Positions 41,258-50,992 are shown, counted from the stretch's first letter. The stretch is 64,000 nucleotides of DNA from Candidatus Aminicenantes bacterium (GCA_041320535.1 JBGLNH010000001.1:863746-927745), one strand, 5' to 3'. Notes: a model not told the origin generated them from the letters alone. Program-made: numbers and translations.

Positions 41258-42316
41258 TTAGCCCCGGCCGAGCTCGTTGGCGGCGTCGTACATGGCCAGG
41301 ACGTTCTCGACGGGCGTCAGGGCCTGGATGTTGTGGCAGGGCGCGAGGATGTAGCCGCCGCCTTCGCCTAGGATGCGCAGGTTGTCCTCGACCTCGCGCC
41401 GGACCTCCTCGACCGTCCCGAAGGGCAGCGTGTGCTGGTTGTCCATGCCCCCGTGGAGGACGACGCGGGGGCCGAACTCGCTCTTGAGCCGTTCCCGCTC
41501 CATGCCCGGGCAGCGCCACTGGAGCGGATTGAGGAGGTCGATGCCGAGGGCGATCATGTCCGGCACGATGCGCCAGCAGCTGCCGTCGTTGTGGTGGAAG
41601 ACGTAGGCGCCGGCCTCGTGGGCCAGGTCGATCATCCGCTTCATCCCGGGCAGCAGGAACTCGCGGATGTGGCGGACCGAGAGCATCAGGTCGGTCTGCC
41701 CGCCCATGTCCTCGGCGACGTAGGAGATGTCGACCCGGCCGGGCACGGTCTCGTAGATCCGGAGGGCGCACGCGTAGGCCAGGCCGAAGAGCTTGTCCAG
41801 GCAGTAGTGGACGATCTCGGGGTTCTCGACGAGGTCGACGTAGGCCTGCTCCATGCCCCGGAGCTCCTTGTAGATGAGGAAGGGCTCGGAGCCGCCGCCC
41901 CGGACGGGGTGGCCGGCGGCGCGGTCGGCCTGGGCCCGGACGGGGCCGAAATCCCACCAGTCGGCCGTCGGCCAGGTGTAGCTCCGCTCGATCTCGGCCA
42001 CGCTGCCGAAGCCGGCCAGCGGGAAGTGGACGCACTCGCGGTATCGGCCGCCGTCGTAATCGACGGCGCGGAAGCGGCGGCCGAACTCGTCCTGCAGCCG
42101 CGGCAGGCGGGGGCCGACGTACTCGGGCGCGAGCTTGACCTCGTAGTCGACGCCGAGCCGGTCGAGCGTCTGGCGGCGGGTCCGGCAGCCGAGCCTGGCC
42201 CGGAGCTTGCGGTCGAACTCGGGCGTCGCCCAGTAGTCGGTCGGGACCCGGTCGGGGGTCCGGCGGGCGAAGACGGCCCGCCAGCGCTCCCGCGAGGTCA
42301 TGGTGTCGCGGCGCAT
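41258..42316 (-). CDS. Uroporphyrinogen decarboxylase (URO-D/MtaA/CmuA) family protein
   Basis: 352 aa with URO-D fold motifs (...TDYWAT..., DMGGQTD, HHNDGSCW). Confidence 0.6.
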   Translation of the reverse strand: MRRDTMTSRERWRAVFARRTPDRVPTDYWATPEFDRKLRARLGCRTRRQTLDRLGVDYEVKLAPEYVGPRLPRLQDEFGRRFRAVDYDGGRYRECVHFPLAGFGSVAEIERSYTWPTADWWDFGPVRAQADRAAGHPVRGGGSEPFLIYKELRGMEQAYVDLVENPEIVHYCLDKLFGLAYACALRIYETVPGRVDISYVAEDMGGQTDLMLSVRHIREFLLPGMKRMIDLAHEAGAYVFHHNDGSCWRIVPDMIALGIDLLNPLQWRCPGMERERLKSEFGPRVVLHGGMDNQHTLPFGTVEEVRREVEDNLRILGEGGGYILAPCHNIQALTPVENVLAMYDAANELGRG

Positions 42317-42317
42317 G

Positions 42318-43889
42318 TCAGTGCTTGTGCAGGTCCTTGTGCATGATCTTGCGGATCTCGTGGAGCCGCTCGTGGGCCGGCAGGTCGGCCAGCTTCCTGT
42401 TCATGAACTCGTCGTTCTCGGCCCGGAGCATGGCCGCGACGTAGTCGACGACGCTCGCCGGGAAGACGCCGTCGCGCTCGTAGTGGGCCCGCTTCTGCAG
42501 CAGGACCCGGCTCGACTCGACGCAGCTCGCCGGCAGGACGGGCAGGCGCTTGAGCAGCTCCTTGTCGGCGAAGATGTTGCCCTTGACGTAGAGGTTGTCG
42601 GCGAGCTCGAGGGGGCCGTACTCCTTGAAGAGGGAAAGGTCGTTGCGGAAGGCCCAATTGGCGGCCATGGCGATTCCGGCCAGGGTCAGATGGATGTTGG
42701 CGCTGCCGTCGGGGCTGCGGATCTCGACGGTCTGGCGGCCGCCGCGCTCGTCGACGTAGGGCGAGGCGTCCTGGGGATTGACCTTCCGGGCCAGGCCCGA
42801 GACGCCCGTCCAGCCGAGCGGCACGCGGATGAGGGCGCTGCGGTTGAGGTCGCTCCAGCAGATCCGGGTCGGCGCCTCCTGGTTCGGGACGAGGCGGAGG
42901 TAGGCCGAGGAGACCGTGTTGCCGAAGGCCGTCAGGGAGTCGGCGTACTCGCAGAGGCCGCCGATGAGCTTGCGGGACTCGATCGAGAGCTTGCCGTCCT
43001 CGGCCCGCATGATGTTGCGGCCGCCCTTGGTCAGCTCGAGGTGGAAGTGGAAGCCGCTGCCGGCGACGCCCTCCTCGAGCTTGGGCGCGAACGTGGCGAC
43101 GGCCCCGTGCCGGTAGGCCGTGTTGCGGATGATCCAGCGGCCGAGGACGAGGGCGTCGGCCATCTCCTCGACGGGCCGGGGCAGGTACTCGATCTCGACC
43201 TGCTCGGCCAGGCGGCCGGCGATCTCGGGCAGGTCGCTGCGGATGCCCTCGATGACGCCGTTCTCGCCGTGGGCGTACTTGACCGCGCCGGTCACGCGGG
43301 CGATGTGACGGAGCATCTCGTGGAGGATCGGGCCGCTCTTGGTGAACGGCGCCGAGCCGTGGTAGCCGCGGAGGTGCTCGACCGGGTAGGTCCCGTCGCC
43401 GGGCGCGGTCAGGAGGAAGAACTCGAGCTCGCCGAGGGCGTTGAGCTCGAGGCCGGCGGCCTTGCGGAACAGCGCCGCGGCCCGGGCCAGGATGGAGTCC
43501 GGGGTGAACGGCGCGGGATTCCCGTCCTGGGCGAGGTAGCGGCAGACGAAGTCGAGGCTGCCCTCGTCGAACGGGTTGAAGAAGGCCGAGGCGTAGCGGG
43601 GGACGACGTAGAGGTCGGAGACGCCCATGTCGACCATGCCCTTGAAGAGCGACGAGCCGTCGACGCGCTCGCCCTCGGCCAGGACCGCCTCGAGGTGGAA
43701 GCGGTCGTTGGCGGGGATGGTCAGCTCCTTGAGCTTGCCGTCGATGGCCGTGTAGTGGAAGGTGAGGCGCTCGACGCCCTGGGCCTCGACGACCTTGAGG
43801 ATGTCGGCCCGGGTGAAGTCGGCGGCCGGCTTGCCGAGGAAGACGGACAGGGGGTTGGACAGGGCCGGAGGAGGGGTCTTCGTCGCCAT
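42318..43889 (-). CDS. Glutamine synthetase family protein (GlnA-like catalytic domain)
   Basis: 523 aa with a GS beta-grasp N-terminal domain and a catalytic domain (GSGFHFHLEL, NRSALIRVP). The precise subfamily (type I vs III-related vs gamma-glutamyl ligase) could not be resolved. Confidence 0.65.
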   Translation of the reverse strand: MATKTPPPALSNPLSVFLGKPAADFTRADILKVVEAQGVERLTFHYTAIDGKLKELTIPANDRFHLEAVLAEGERVDGSSLFKGMVDMGVSDLYVVPRYASAFFNPFDEGSLDFVCRYLAQDGNPAPFTPDSILARAAALFRKAAGLELNALGELEFFLLTAPGDGTYPVEHLRGYHGSAPFTKSGPILHEMLRHIARVTGAVKYAHGENGVIEGIRSDLPEIAGRLAEQVEIEYLPRPVEEMADALVLGRWIIRNTAYRHGAVATFAPKLEEGVAGSGFHFHLELTKGGRNIMRAEDGKLSIESRKLIGGLCEYADSLTAFGNTVSSAYLRLVPNQEAPTRICWSDLNRSALIRVPLGWTGVSGLARKVNPQDASPYVDERGGRQTVEIRSPDGSANIHLTLAGIAMAANWAFRNDLSLFKEYGPLELADNLYVKGNIFADKELLKRLPVLPASCVESSRVLLQKRAHYERDGVFPASVVDYVAAMLRAENDEFMNRKLADLPAHERLHEIRKIMHKDLHKH

Positions 43890-43944
43890 CGCGTCACTCT
43901 CCTTTTCTGATGGTGCCCCGGAAGGGGAAGACCCCTATTTTATC

Positions 43945-44012
43945 AAAAAGAGGGAAAAAGATGGGGTCAGATCTACTTTTTACGCGTTTTTGAGTAAAAA
44001 GTAGATCTGACC
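43945..44012 (-). terminator. Rho-independent terminator: 24-bp perfect-arm hairpin followed by a T-tract (on the minus strand), downstream of the DUF1343 gene
   Basis: AGATGGGGTCAGATCTACTTTTTAC-loop-GTAAAAAGTAGATCTGACCCCATCT. On the minus strand it is followed by TTTTTCCCTCTTTTTGAT. Confidence 0.6.
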
Positions 44013-44021
44013 CCATCTTCT

Positions 44022-45386
44022 CTAATAGAGCAGATAGGGGCGGCGGAGGGCGGCGAAGGCCTGGATGCCCGGCTCGAAGGTCGCCAGGATGGCCTCGACG
44101 CTCGTCCCCGCCTCGAGGGCCCGGCGAACGGACGCGGTGCCCATGACCTGATCGAAATAATCCGCATGGAACTCGAACTTCCCCGGATAGGCGTCTCTGA
44201 CGGCCTTGATGATGTGGAGGGCCGCAGAGAAGGGCCTGAACGCGGCCCGGTCCGTCACGTGGACCTGGCAGCCGCCGCAGAGCTGACCTTGGAACTTGGA
44301 AAAGGACGGAGTGAACCAAGCCTCCCGGAAACGGACGCCCGGCGAATTCAAGCCGTTGAGGATCCTGGTCAGATCGAAACCGTCGATCCAGGGCGCGCCG
44401 AAGAGCTCGAAAGGCTTCGTCGTCCCCCGGCCCTCGGAAAGGTTCGTGCCTTCGATGGCCACCAGGCCCGGGTAGACCGTCGCCGTATCGAGGGTGGGCA
44501 TATTGGGCGACGGGATGACCCAGGGCAAGCCGGTCTCGTCGAACCACATCTCCCGTTTCCATCCCTCCATGGGGACGACGGTCAGCTTGGCCTTACGGGC
44601 GAGGAACTTGTCGTTGAACAGCAGGGCCAGCTCCCCGATGGTCATGGCGTGCCGCTCGGGAACTGGGAAAAGCCCGATGAAGGAGCTGAAACCGGGATAT
44701 TCCAGGATGGGCCCTTCCATGTCCATGCCGTTGACGGGATTCGGCCGGTCGAGGACGATGAACTCGATCCCGTTCTCGGCCGCCGCCTGCATGCTGTAGG
44801 CCATGGTGGCGACATAGGTGTAGACGCGGGTCCCCACGTCCTGGATATCGAAGACCATGACATCGATCCCCTCGACCATGGCCCCCTCGGGGACCTTCCC
44901 CGTCTCCTTTGTGTCAAACGAGCGCATGAACTCGTCGATGTTCTTGAGCATCCCGGGTTCGGGCTTCATCGACTGCCCGTAAAGACTGAAGACCGGAAGA
45001 TTATACTCCGGAATGTTGTACTTGCGGTCGACATAAAAGGGGACATATTGCCCCGCCTGAGCGTCCCCGCGGACCCCGTGCTCGGGGCCATAAAGGGCGA
45101 CGAGCTTGACCGCCGGATTGGCGAAAAGGAGGTCGATCGTCGTCGAGAGGCGCGAGTCCGTGCCCGTGGGATTGGTGATCAGGCCGACCCGCTTCCCCGC
45201 GACGAGGTCGAGCCGCTTCTCCAGGAAGACCTCGACCCCCGGCTTGACCGGGGCCGGGCTCCCCGCCCGGGCCGGCCGTTCTCCCCCGCCGCCGCAGGCG
45301 GCCGCGATCAGGCAGGCCGCCAGGCCGATGACCCAGATGGCCGCCGCGCCCCCTCGTCCGTGCATCTTCGACCGTCCTTTCCCCAC
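44022..45386 (-). CDS. DUF1343 family lipoprotein (NamZ-like exo-beta-N-acetylmuramidase family)
   Basis: Lipobox VIGLAAC. The DUF1343 core (GLITNPTG, LYGPEHG, DIQDVGTRVYTY) is shared with NamZ. Confidence 0.65.
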   Translation of the reverse strand: MGKGRSKMHGRGGAAAIWVIGLAACLIAAACGGGGERPARAGSPAPVKPGVEVFLEKRLDLVAGKRVGLITNPTGTDSRLSTTIDLLFANPAVKLVALYGPEHGVRGDAQAGQYVPFYVDRKYNIPEYNLPVFSLYGQSMKPEPGMLKNIDEFMRSFDTKETGKVPEGAMVEGIDVMVFDIQDVGTRVYTYVATMAYSMQAAAENGIEFIVLDRPNPVNGMDMEGPILEYPGFSSFIGLFPVPERHAMTIGELALLFNDKFLARKAKLTVVPMEGWKREMWFDETGLPWVIPSPNMPTLDTATVYPGLVAIEGTNLSEGRGTTKPFELFGAPWIDGFDLTRILNGLNSPGVRFREAWFTPSFSKFQGQLCGGCQVHVTDRAAFRPFSAALHIIKAVRDAYPGKFEFHADYFDQVMGTASVRRALEAGTSVEAILATFEPGIQAFAALRRPYLLY

Positions 45387-45483
45387 GGCCCCCCTCCCGG
45401 TCAGGATAACAGCACGGGCCGCCTCCCGTCAACCGCGCCATCGGACTTGATTCCCCGGGGGAAAAGGTCTATAAAAGAAGCAG

Positions 45484-47370
45484 ATGTCCCGCCACAGCGA
45501 AGGGTTGCGGAAGCTCCTTCTCCCGCCCCTGCTCTTCGCCCTCCTGCTCTCCGCTCTCGTCTTCGCCGCCCGCCTTCCGCCCCGCGCCGGGGCCGCCGAG
45601 GAGATCCCCTACGCCTGGACGGACGTCGGGCGCGTAGTCGCGGTCGCCGACATCCACGGCGATTACGACCGCTTCGTCTTCATCCTGGCCCATCCGGAGG
45701 TCGGCCTCATCGACCGCGACCTGCGCTGGATCGGCGGCAAGGCCCACTTCGTCCAGCTCGGCGACGTCGCGGACCGGGGGCCTTACGCCCGGAAGATCTT
45801 CGCCCTCCTCATGCGCCTGGAGAAGGAGGCCGAGGCCGCCGGCGGCATGGTCCACACCCTCCTCGGCAACCACGAGGAGATGAACATCACGGGCATCGCG
45901 CTGGACTATCCGCATTACGTCTGGCTCGACCAATTCGTCTCCTTCCTGCCCGACGATTTCCGCAAGGCCCGCGAGGCCCAGTACATCCGCTCCCTGCCCC
46001 CCAGGGAGAGGCGGCGGGCGGAGATCGAGGGCCTGGACATCGAGACGGACGAAGGGCTGCGCGCCTTCTGGCAGCAGGTCCTCGACCGCAAGGACCCCGA
46101 GGCCAGGCAGGCCTACATCCGGGGCTTCAACGACGCCGTGGGATTCTGGCTCCTGCGCAAGAACACGATCATCAAGATCAACGGCGTCGTCTACGTCCAC
46201 GGCGGCATCAACGAGGCCCTGTCCAAGTGGCCTCTGCGCGAGATCAACCAGGTCATGCGCACGGAGCTGGCCTATTTCCAGTCGATCGGCCGCGACCCCC
46301 ATCGGGTCACCCGGGCCTTCAAGCCGAAGCTCGTCTACGACCCGGACGGCCCGCTCTGGTTCCGCGGCCTGGCCGAGGACAAGAGGACGGTCCAGGCCCA
46401 GGTCGACAGGATCCTGGCCAACATGGACGCCAAGGCCATGGTCGTCGGGCACAACTATTTCAGTTATCCCGGCGGCCGCAGCCAGATCCTCTCCAGGGAG
46501 ATGGTGGCCCGCTTCGAGGACAAGGTCTGGATCATGGACACGGGCATCGCCGCAGGGAGCTACGGAGGCGTCCCGTCGGCCTTGATCCACGAGCGCGGCG
46601 AGTTCCGGGTCTGGGGCGAGACCGAGGAAGTGGCCGAGCAGCTCGGCATCAAGCCCCCCGCCCCCAAGCCCATGACGCGGCGGGAGATCGAGACCTTCCT
46701 CCGGACGGCCTCGATCGTCGGCCGCGGCCCCGGGCCCGGCGGCCGGACCGAGGCCTGGAAGCTGACCCTGGAATCCCAGGGCGCGGTCCTCGAGGCCCTC
46801 TTCAAGTACATCGACCGGCGCCGGCCCGATCCGCTCGCCGACAGCTACCGCTACGAGCTGGCCGCCTATTCCCTCGACAAGTACCTCGACCTCGGCTTCG
46901 TGCCCCCGGTCGTCGAGCGCGTTGTCGAGGGCATCAACGGGGCCGTGCAGCTTTTCGTCGAGAACGCCATGTCCGAAGCGGAGCGCAAGGCGAACAGCGT
47001 CGCGCCCGCCGACGCCGAGGCCTTCGACAGGGCCATGGCCGACCTGCTCGTCCTCCAGAGCCTGGCCTACGACGACTGCCGCAACGACCGCGACACCCTG
47101 ATCAGCCGCGACACCGGCCGGGTCTACCGGGTCGATTTCTCCGAGGCCTTCGCGCCGGTCAAGCACGAGCCGACCCGCTGCCCCGTCCTGCGCTGCTCCC
47201 GCCTTCTCTACAAGAAGCTCCAGAGCTGGAACGACAAAGTGGCCGCCGAGTACCTGGGCCGTTTCCTCGACCCGTCCGAGACCGCCGCGCTCAACGCCCG
47301 GCGTCGCGAGGTCCTGCGGGAGATCCAGCTGCGGATCAAGATGGCCGGCGAGCGCAACGTCCTGTTCTGA
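45484..47370 (+). CDS. Secreted fusion protein: PPP-family metallophosphoesterase domain plus C-terminal PI3/PI4-kinase-like (PI4K type II-like) domain
   Basis: Signal peptide LLLPPLLFALLLSALVFAA. PPP motifs DIHGD, LGDVADRG, GNHE, VHGG. The C-terminal ~230 aa are paralogous to the gene at 48934 and carry a kinase-like catalytic loop CRNDRDTLISRDTGRVYRVDFSEAF. Confidence 0.65.
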   Translation: MSRHSEGLRKLLLPPLLFALLLSALVFAARLPPRAGAAEEIPYAWTDVGRVVAVADIHGDYDRFVFILAHPEVGLIDRDLRWIGGKAHFVQLGDVADRGPYARKIFALLMRLEKEAEAAGGMVHTLLGNHEEMNITGIALDYPHYVWLDQFVSFLPDDFRKAREAQYIRSLPPRERRRAEIEGLDIETDEGLRAFWQQVLDRKDPEARQAYIRGFNDAVGFWLLRKNTIIKINGVVYVHGGINEALSKWPLREINQVMRTELAYFQSIGRDPHRVTRAFKPKLVYDPDGPLWFRGLAEDKRTVQAQVDRILANMDAKAMVVGHNYFSYPGGRSQILSREMVARFEDKVWIMDTGIAAGSYGGVPSALIHERGEFRVWGETEEVAEQLGIKPPAPKPMTRREIETFLRTASIVGRGPGPGGRTEAWKLTLESQGAVLEALFKYIDRRRPDPLADSYRYELAAYSLDKYLDLGFVPPVVERVVEGINGAVQLFVENAMSEAERKANSVAPADAEAFDRAMADLLVLQSLAYDDCRNDRDTLISRDTGRVYRVDFSEAFAPVKHEPTRCPVLRCSRLLYKKLQSWNDKVAAEYLGRFLDPSETAALNARRREVLREIQLRIKMAGERNVLF

Positions 47371-47392
47371 CGGAGAGGGAAGGAGCCGAGCG

Positions 47393-48874
47393 ATGTCCCG
47401 ACCCTCCGAAGCGCCTCCCCCCGGCGGAGGCCGGACGCGCTATCCCCTCGGCTACCGGGCCCTGCGCCTGTTCGCCGACATCAGAGAGGGCGAGGCGCCC
47501 AAGGCGCTCCTGCTGGCCCTCAACGTCTTCCTCCTGCTCCTGGCCTACTACATCCTCAAGCCCCTGCGGGAGTCGCTCCTCCTCGTCGACAAGGACTCCG
47601 CGGCCGTCAAAAGCTACCTGAGCGGGGCCCAGGCCGTTCTCTTCGTCTTCGTCATCAAGGCCTTCAGCCGGCTGGCCTCCAAGGTCCCCCGGCACGTCCT
47701 CATCTCCTGGACGACGCTGTTCTTCATCTCCAACCTCGTCCTCTTCTACGTCCTCCACGCCGGAGGCATGGCCGTCAAGCCCATGGGCATCCTGTTCTTC
47801 ATCTGGATCGGCATCTTCAACTATTTCGTCATCGCCCAGTTCTGGGGCTTCGCCAACGACCTCTACGCCGAGGACGTCGGCAAGCGGACCTTCCCCCTCG
47901 TCGCCCTGGGCGCGACTCTCGGCGGCCTCGTCGCCACCCTGCCCTTCATGAAAAAGCTCCGCGACCTCCTGGGCGGGAACTGGCAGTTCCTGCTCATGCT
48001 CATCGCCGGCGTCATCCTCGGCCTCTGCATCGTCCTGGCCCGCTTCATCCACCGGCGGGACGTTCGGAAGGCCCGCGAGGAGCGGGCCCAGGGGCCGGAC
48101 GAGGCCGCCCCGGCCGTCTGCGTCCGCGAACAGCCCCTCAAGGCCGGAGGGGGCTTCCGGCTCGTCTTCAAGAGCCGCTACCTGCTCCTCATCGCGCTCA
48201 TGATCGGGCTCTACAACGTCGTCAACGCGACCGGCGAGTACATCTTCACCGCCAAAGCGGTCGAGGAATCCATCAACGCCCAGGCGCCGCCCCCGGAGGT
48301 CCGGAGGGGCGACGGCCTGCCGGCCGTGAGCGCGTCGCCGTCGCTGCCGGCGCGGACGGAGAGCCGCGAGATCCACAGCGCCTTCATGGACTACCAGTTC
48401 CTGACCAACCTCATCGCCCTGCTCATCCAGCTCTTCCTCGTCTCGCGGATATTCAAGTGGGTCGGCGTCGGCGGGGCCCTCCTCTTCCTGCCGCTCATCG
48501 CGCTCGGCGGCTACGCCCTGATTTCCTTCGGGGCCGTCTACGCCCTCGTGCGGGGGGTCAAGGCCCTCGAGAACGGCACGGACTACTCCCTGCAGAACAC
48601 GACCAAGGCCGCCCTGTTCCTGGTCACCAAGCGCGAGGAGAAATACAAGGCCAAAGCGGCCATCGACACCTTCTTCGTGCGGGGCGGCGACACGCTCTCC
48701 GCCCTGGCCGTGTTCGTCGGCGTCACGCTGCTCGGCCTGCCCATCGAGCGCTACGCCCTGCTCAATGTCGCCGTCGTCCTCGTCCTGCTCGTGATCTGCT
48801 TCCGGATCATCAGGGCCTACAAAAGGCGCAAGGCGGCCCTCGACGCGACGGCGGAAGCCGGGCCGGCGGCTTGA
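47393..48874 (+). CDS. TLC (ATP/ADP translocase, Npt) family nucleotide transporter
   Basis: 493 aa, 12 TM. The N-terminal LLLALNVFLLLLAYYILKPLRESLL and FWGFANDLYAEDVGKRTFPLVALG match the conserved TLC-family segments (compare Rickettsia Tlc FWQFANQI...KRFY). Confidence 0.7.
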   Translation: MSRPSEAPPPGGGRTRYPLGYRALRLFADIREGEAPKALLLALNVFLLLLAYYILKPLRESLLLVDKDSAAVKSYLSGAQAVLFVFVIKAFSRLASKVPRHVLISWTTLFFISNLVLFYVLHAGGMAVKPMGILFFIWIGIFNYFVIAQFWGFANDLYAEDVGKRTFPLVALGATLGGLVATLPFMKKLRDLLGGNWQFLLMLIAGVILGLCIVLARFIHRRDVRKAREERAQGPDEAAPAVCVREQPLKAGGGFRLVFKSRYLLLIALMIGLYNVVNATGEYIFTAKAVEESINAQAPPPEVRRGDGLPAVSASPSLPARTESREIHSAFMDYQFLTNLIALLIQLFLVSRIFKWVGVGGALLFLPLIALGGYALISFGAVYALVRGVKALENGTDYSLQNTTKAALFLVTKREEKYKAKAAIDTFFVRGGDTLSALAVFVGVTLLGLPIERYALLNVAVVLVLLVICFRIIRAYKRRKAALDATAEAGPAA

Positions 48875-48933
48875 ATTCGGGCGCCGGAGGGGGTATGATT
48901 TTCGAGATGCGTCCGACCGAGCGGAGGGGACCC

Positions 48934-49770
48934 ATGAAGCGCAGCGCGGCCCTGGTCCTTCTGGCCTCTGTCCTGGCCCTCGCCCTCCCGAAAGCCGAGG
49001 CCCAGTTCCGGCCCGAGGAGATCGCCCGGCGCGAGGCCGACGAGCGGTTCCTCCTGGCGGCCGAGATCGTCCGGTCCGAGCCCATCGGCGAGGGCGTGAC
49101 CAAGCCCTGGAAGCTCTTCCTCAAGCTGGGCGACGCCGAAGGCAAAGCCGCCTGGAAAGACCCCCACGGCATGCAGGGGGGGTATCTCGAGGGCTGGCAG
49201 TACGAGATCGCCGCCTACCGCCTCGACAAGCTCATGGGGCTGAACATGGTCCCCCCGGCCGTCGAGAGGGAGTTCCAGGGGAAGCGTGGGGCGCTCGTCC
49301 TCTGGGCCGAGAACAAGTACAGCCTCCTCAAGGTCGTCGAGGAGGGGATCGAGATCCCCAAGGAGGCCCTCGAACACACCGAGAAGATGAAGTACCTCGC
49401 CCGGGCCTGGGACAGCCTCATCGCCAACGAGGACCGGACCCAGCAGAACGTCCTCTACACCGAGGACTGGAGGATGATCCTGTTCGACCACTCCCGGGCC
49501 TTCCGCTCGGGCCTCGAATTCACCCGGAAGCTGATGTTCGGGCACAACGGGATCAAGCTCTCCCAGCAGGGCACGCCCTATCTCTTCCGCCGCCTGCCGC
49601 GCTGGTTCGTCGAAAAGGCCGGGGCCCTGACCTACGAGAGCATCGAGGCGGCCGTCGGCGACACGCTTACGGCGAAGGAGATCAAGGCCATCCTGGCCCG
49701 GCGTGAGCTCCTGTTGAAGGAGATCTCGGACATGGTTGCGAAGTCGGGCCGGGAAGCGGTCATCTATTGA
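48934..49770 (+). CDS. Secreted PI3/PI4-kinase-like (PI4K type II-like) domain protein
   Basis: Signal peptide MKRSAALVLLASVLALALPKAEA. GGYLEGWQYEIAAYRLDKLMGLNMVPP and LIANEDRTQQNVLY...ILFDHSRAF parallel the PI4KII G-loop and DRxxxN...D(F/H)G catalytic/activation motifs. Paralogous to the C-terminus of 45484..47370. Confidence 0.6.
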   Translation: MKRSAALVLLASVLALALPKAEAQFRPEEIARREADERFLLAAEIVRSEPIGEGVTKPWKLFLKLGDAEGKAAWKDPHGMQGGYLEGWQYEIAAYRLDKLMGLNMVPPAVEREFQGKRGALVLWAENKYSLLKVVEEGIEIPKEALEHTEKMKYLARAWDSLIANEDRTQQNVLYTEDWRMILFDHSRAFRSGLEFTRKLMFGHNGIKLSQQGTPYLFRRLPRWFVEKAGALTYESIEAAVGDTLTAKEIKAILARRELLLKEISDMVAKSGREAVIY

Positions 49771-49810
49771 GATCGCTCCCGGGCCGCCCGCGGGCCGGGG
49801 AGCGCTGTCA

Positions 49811-50992
49811 TCAGGGACGAACGGAGGGACCGATGAAAAGACGGCGCGTGGGGTTGGCCCTGGTCCTGAGCCTGCCGTTGGCCGCGGGGCTTCTCCTGGC
49901 CTGCGTCGACCCGGACGGGCCGCCGGCGGGGACGCCCGGCCCGGGCAGGACGGCCTCGGACACGTCGCCGAGCTGCAGCCGGATGTGCAGGGTCTGGCCG
50001 CGACGGAGGTCGGCCGGCGCCTGGCCGACGAAGTCGAAGTCGACCTCGAAGCGGTTGTCGCGGACGGCCGGGAAGACCCGCCGGACCTTGAGCTCGTAGG
50101 ATCGGCCGGCCAGGTCGAACTCGCCCTTCAGCCCGGCCTCGACCCGGGTGATGTAATGTTCGTCGATGAGGGCCCTGACGCTGTAGGCGTCCAGGACGTC
50201 GATCTGCCCGATGTTCGAGCCCGGGGCCTTGAAAACGCCGATCTCGGCGTCGAGCAGGGTCAGCTGGCCCGCGATCGGGGCCCGGATGACGAGGTCGTCC
50301 AGCTTCTGCTTGGACGTGCGCAGGTTGGTGTCCATGCGGCGGAGCTGTTCCCCGAGGGACAGGAGCTGCTCCTCGCGATATTCCAGCTCCTTCCTCTGGC
50401 TCTCGGCCACGATGTCCCGGTTGCGGAGCTGGTACTCGTAGTCGAGCCGTATGCGCTCGAACTCGAGGTCCGAGACGAGCCGGTTCTCGTGGAGCTTCCG
50501 GTAGCGCTCGTAGGTCGTCTTCTGCTTGGCCAGCTCGTTCTCGACCTGGTTCATGGCCTGCAGGAGCGACTGGCGGTACTGCTCCATGTTCAGCCGCGTC
50601 TGGCGGAGGGCGTTGCTCTGCTGGACGAAGTCGGCCTCGCGCCACATGATGTCGAGGAGGAGGTTGGTATTGACGAGCTGGGCGATCGGGTCGCCGGCCT
50701 TGACCATGGCCCCGGCCTCGAGGAAGCGCTTCTCGACCCGGCCGCCCTCGGTCGTCTCCAGCGAATAGCGCATGATGGGCATGACCGTGCCCTGCTGGGG
50801 GATGAACTCCAGGAAAGGCCCCCGGCTCACCGTGGACACGGTGATGCGCTCGGTGTCGACGTTCAGCGTGGATTCGTTGAACTGGAAAAGAAAGAGGTAG
50901 AGGACGCCGAGAACGAAGACGGCCGCGCCGGCCACGGCGGCGATCTTGCGCGGCGGCCATTTCTTCTTCTCGATCTTTCGGTCCATGCCCAT
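49811..50992 (-). CDS. HlyD-family membrane fusion protein (efflux adaptor)
   Basis: Start MGMDRKIEKKKW with a TM anchor, long coiled-coil (LNMEQYRQSLLQAMNQVENELAKQKTTYERYRKL...) and beta-barrel/lipoyl-like regions. The ~45-aa low-complexity C-terminal tail is unusual. Confidence 0.75.
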   Translation of the reverse strand: MGMDRKIEKKKWPPRKIAAVAGAAVFVLGVLYLFLFQFNESTLNVDTERITVSTVSRGPFLEFIPQQGTVMPIMRYSLETTEGGRVEKRFLEAGAMVKAGDPIAQLVNTNLLLDIMWREADFVQQSNALRQTRLNMEQYRQSLLQAMNQVENELAKQKTTYERYRKLHENRLVSDLEFERIRLDYEYQLRNRDIVAESQRKELEYREEQLLSLGEQLRRMDTNLRTSKQKLDDLVIRAPIAGQLTLLDAEIGVFKAPGSNIGQIDVLDAYSVRALIDEHYITRVEAGLKGEFDLAGRSYELKVRRVFPAVRDNRFEVDFDFVGQAPADLRRGQTLHIRLQLGDVSEAVLPGPGVPAGGPSGSTQARRSPAANGRLRTRANPTRRLFIGPSVRP

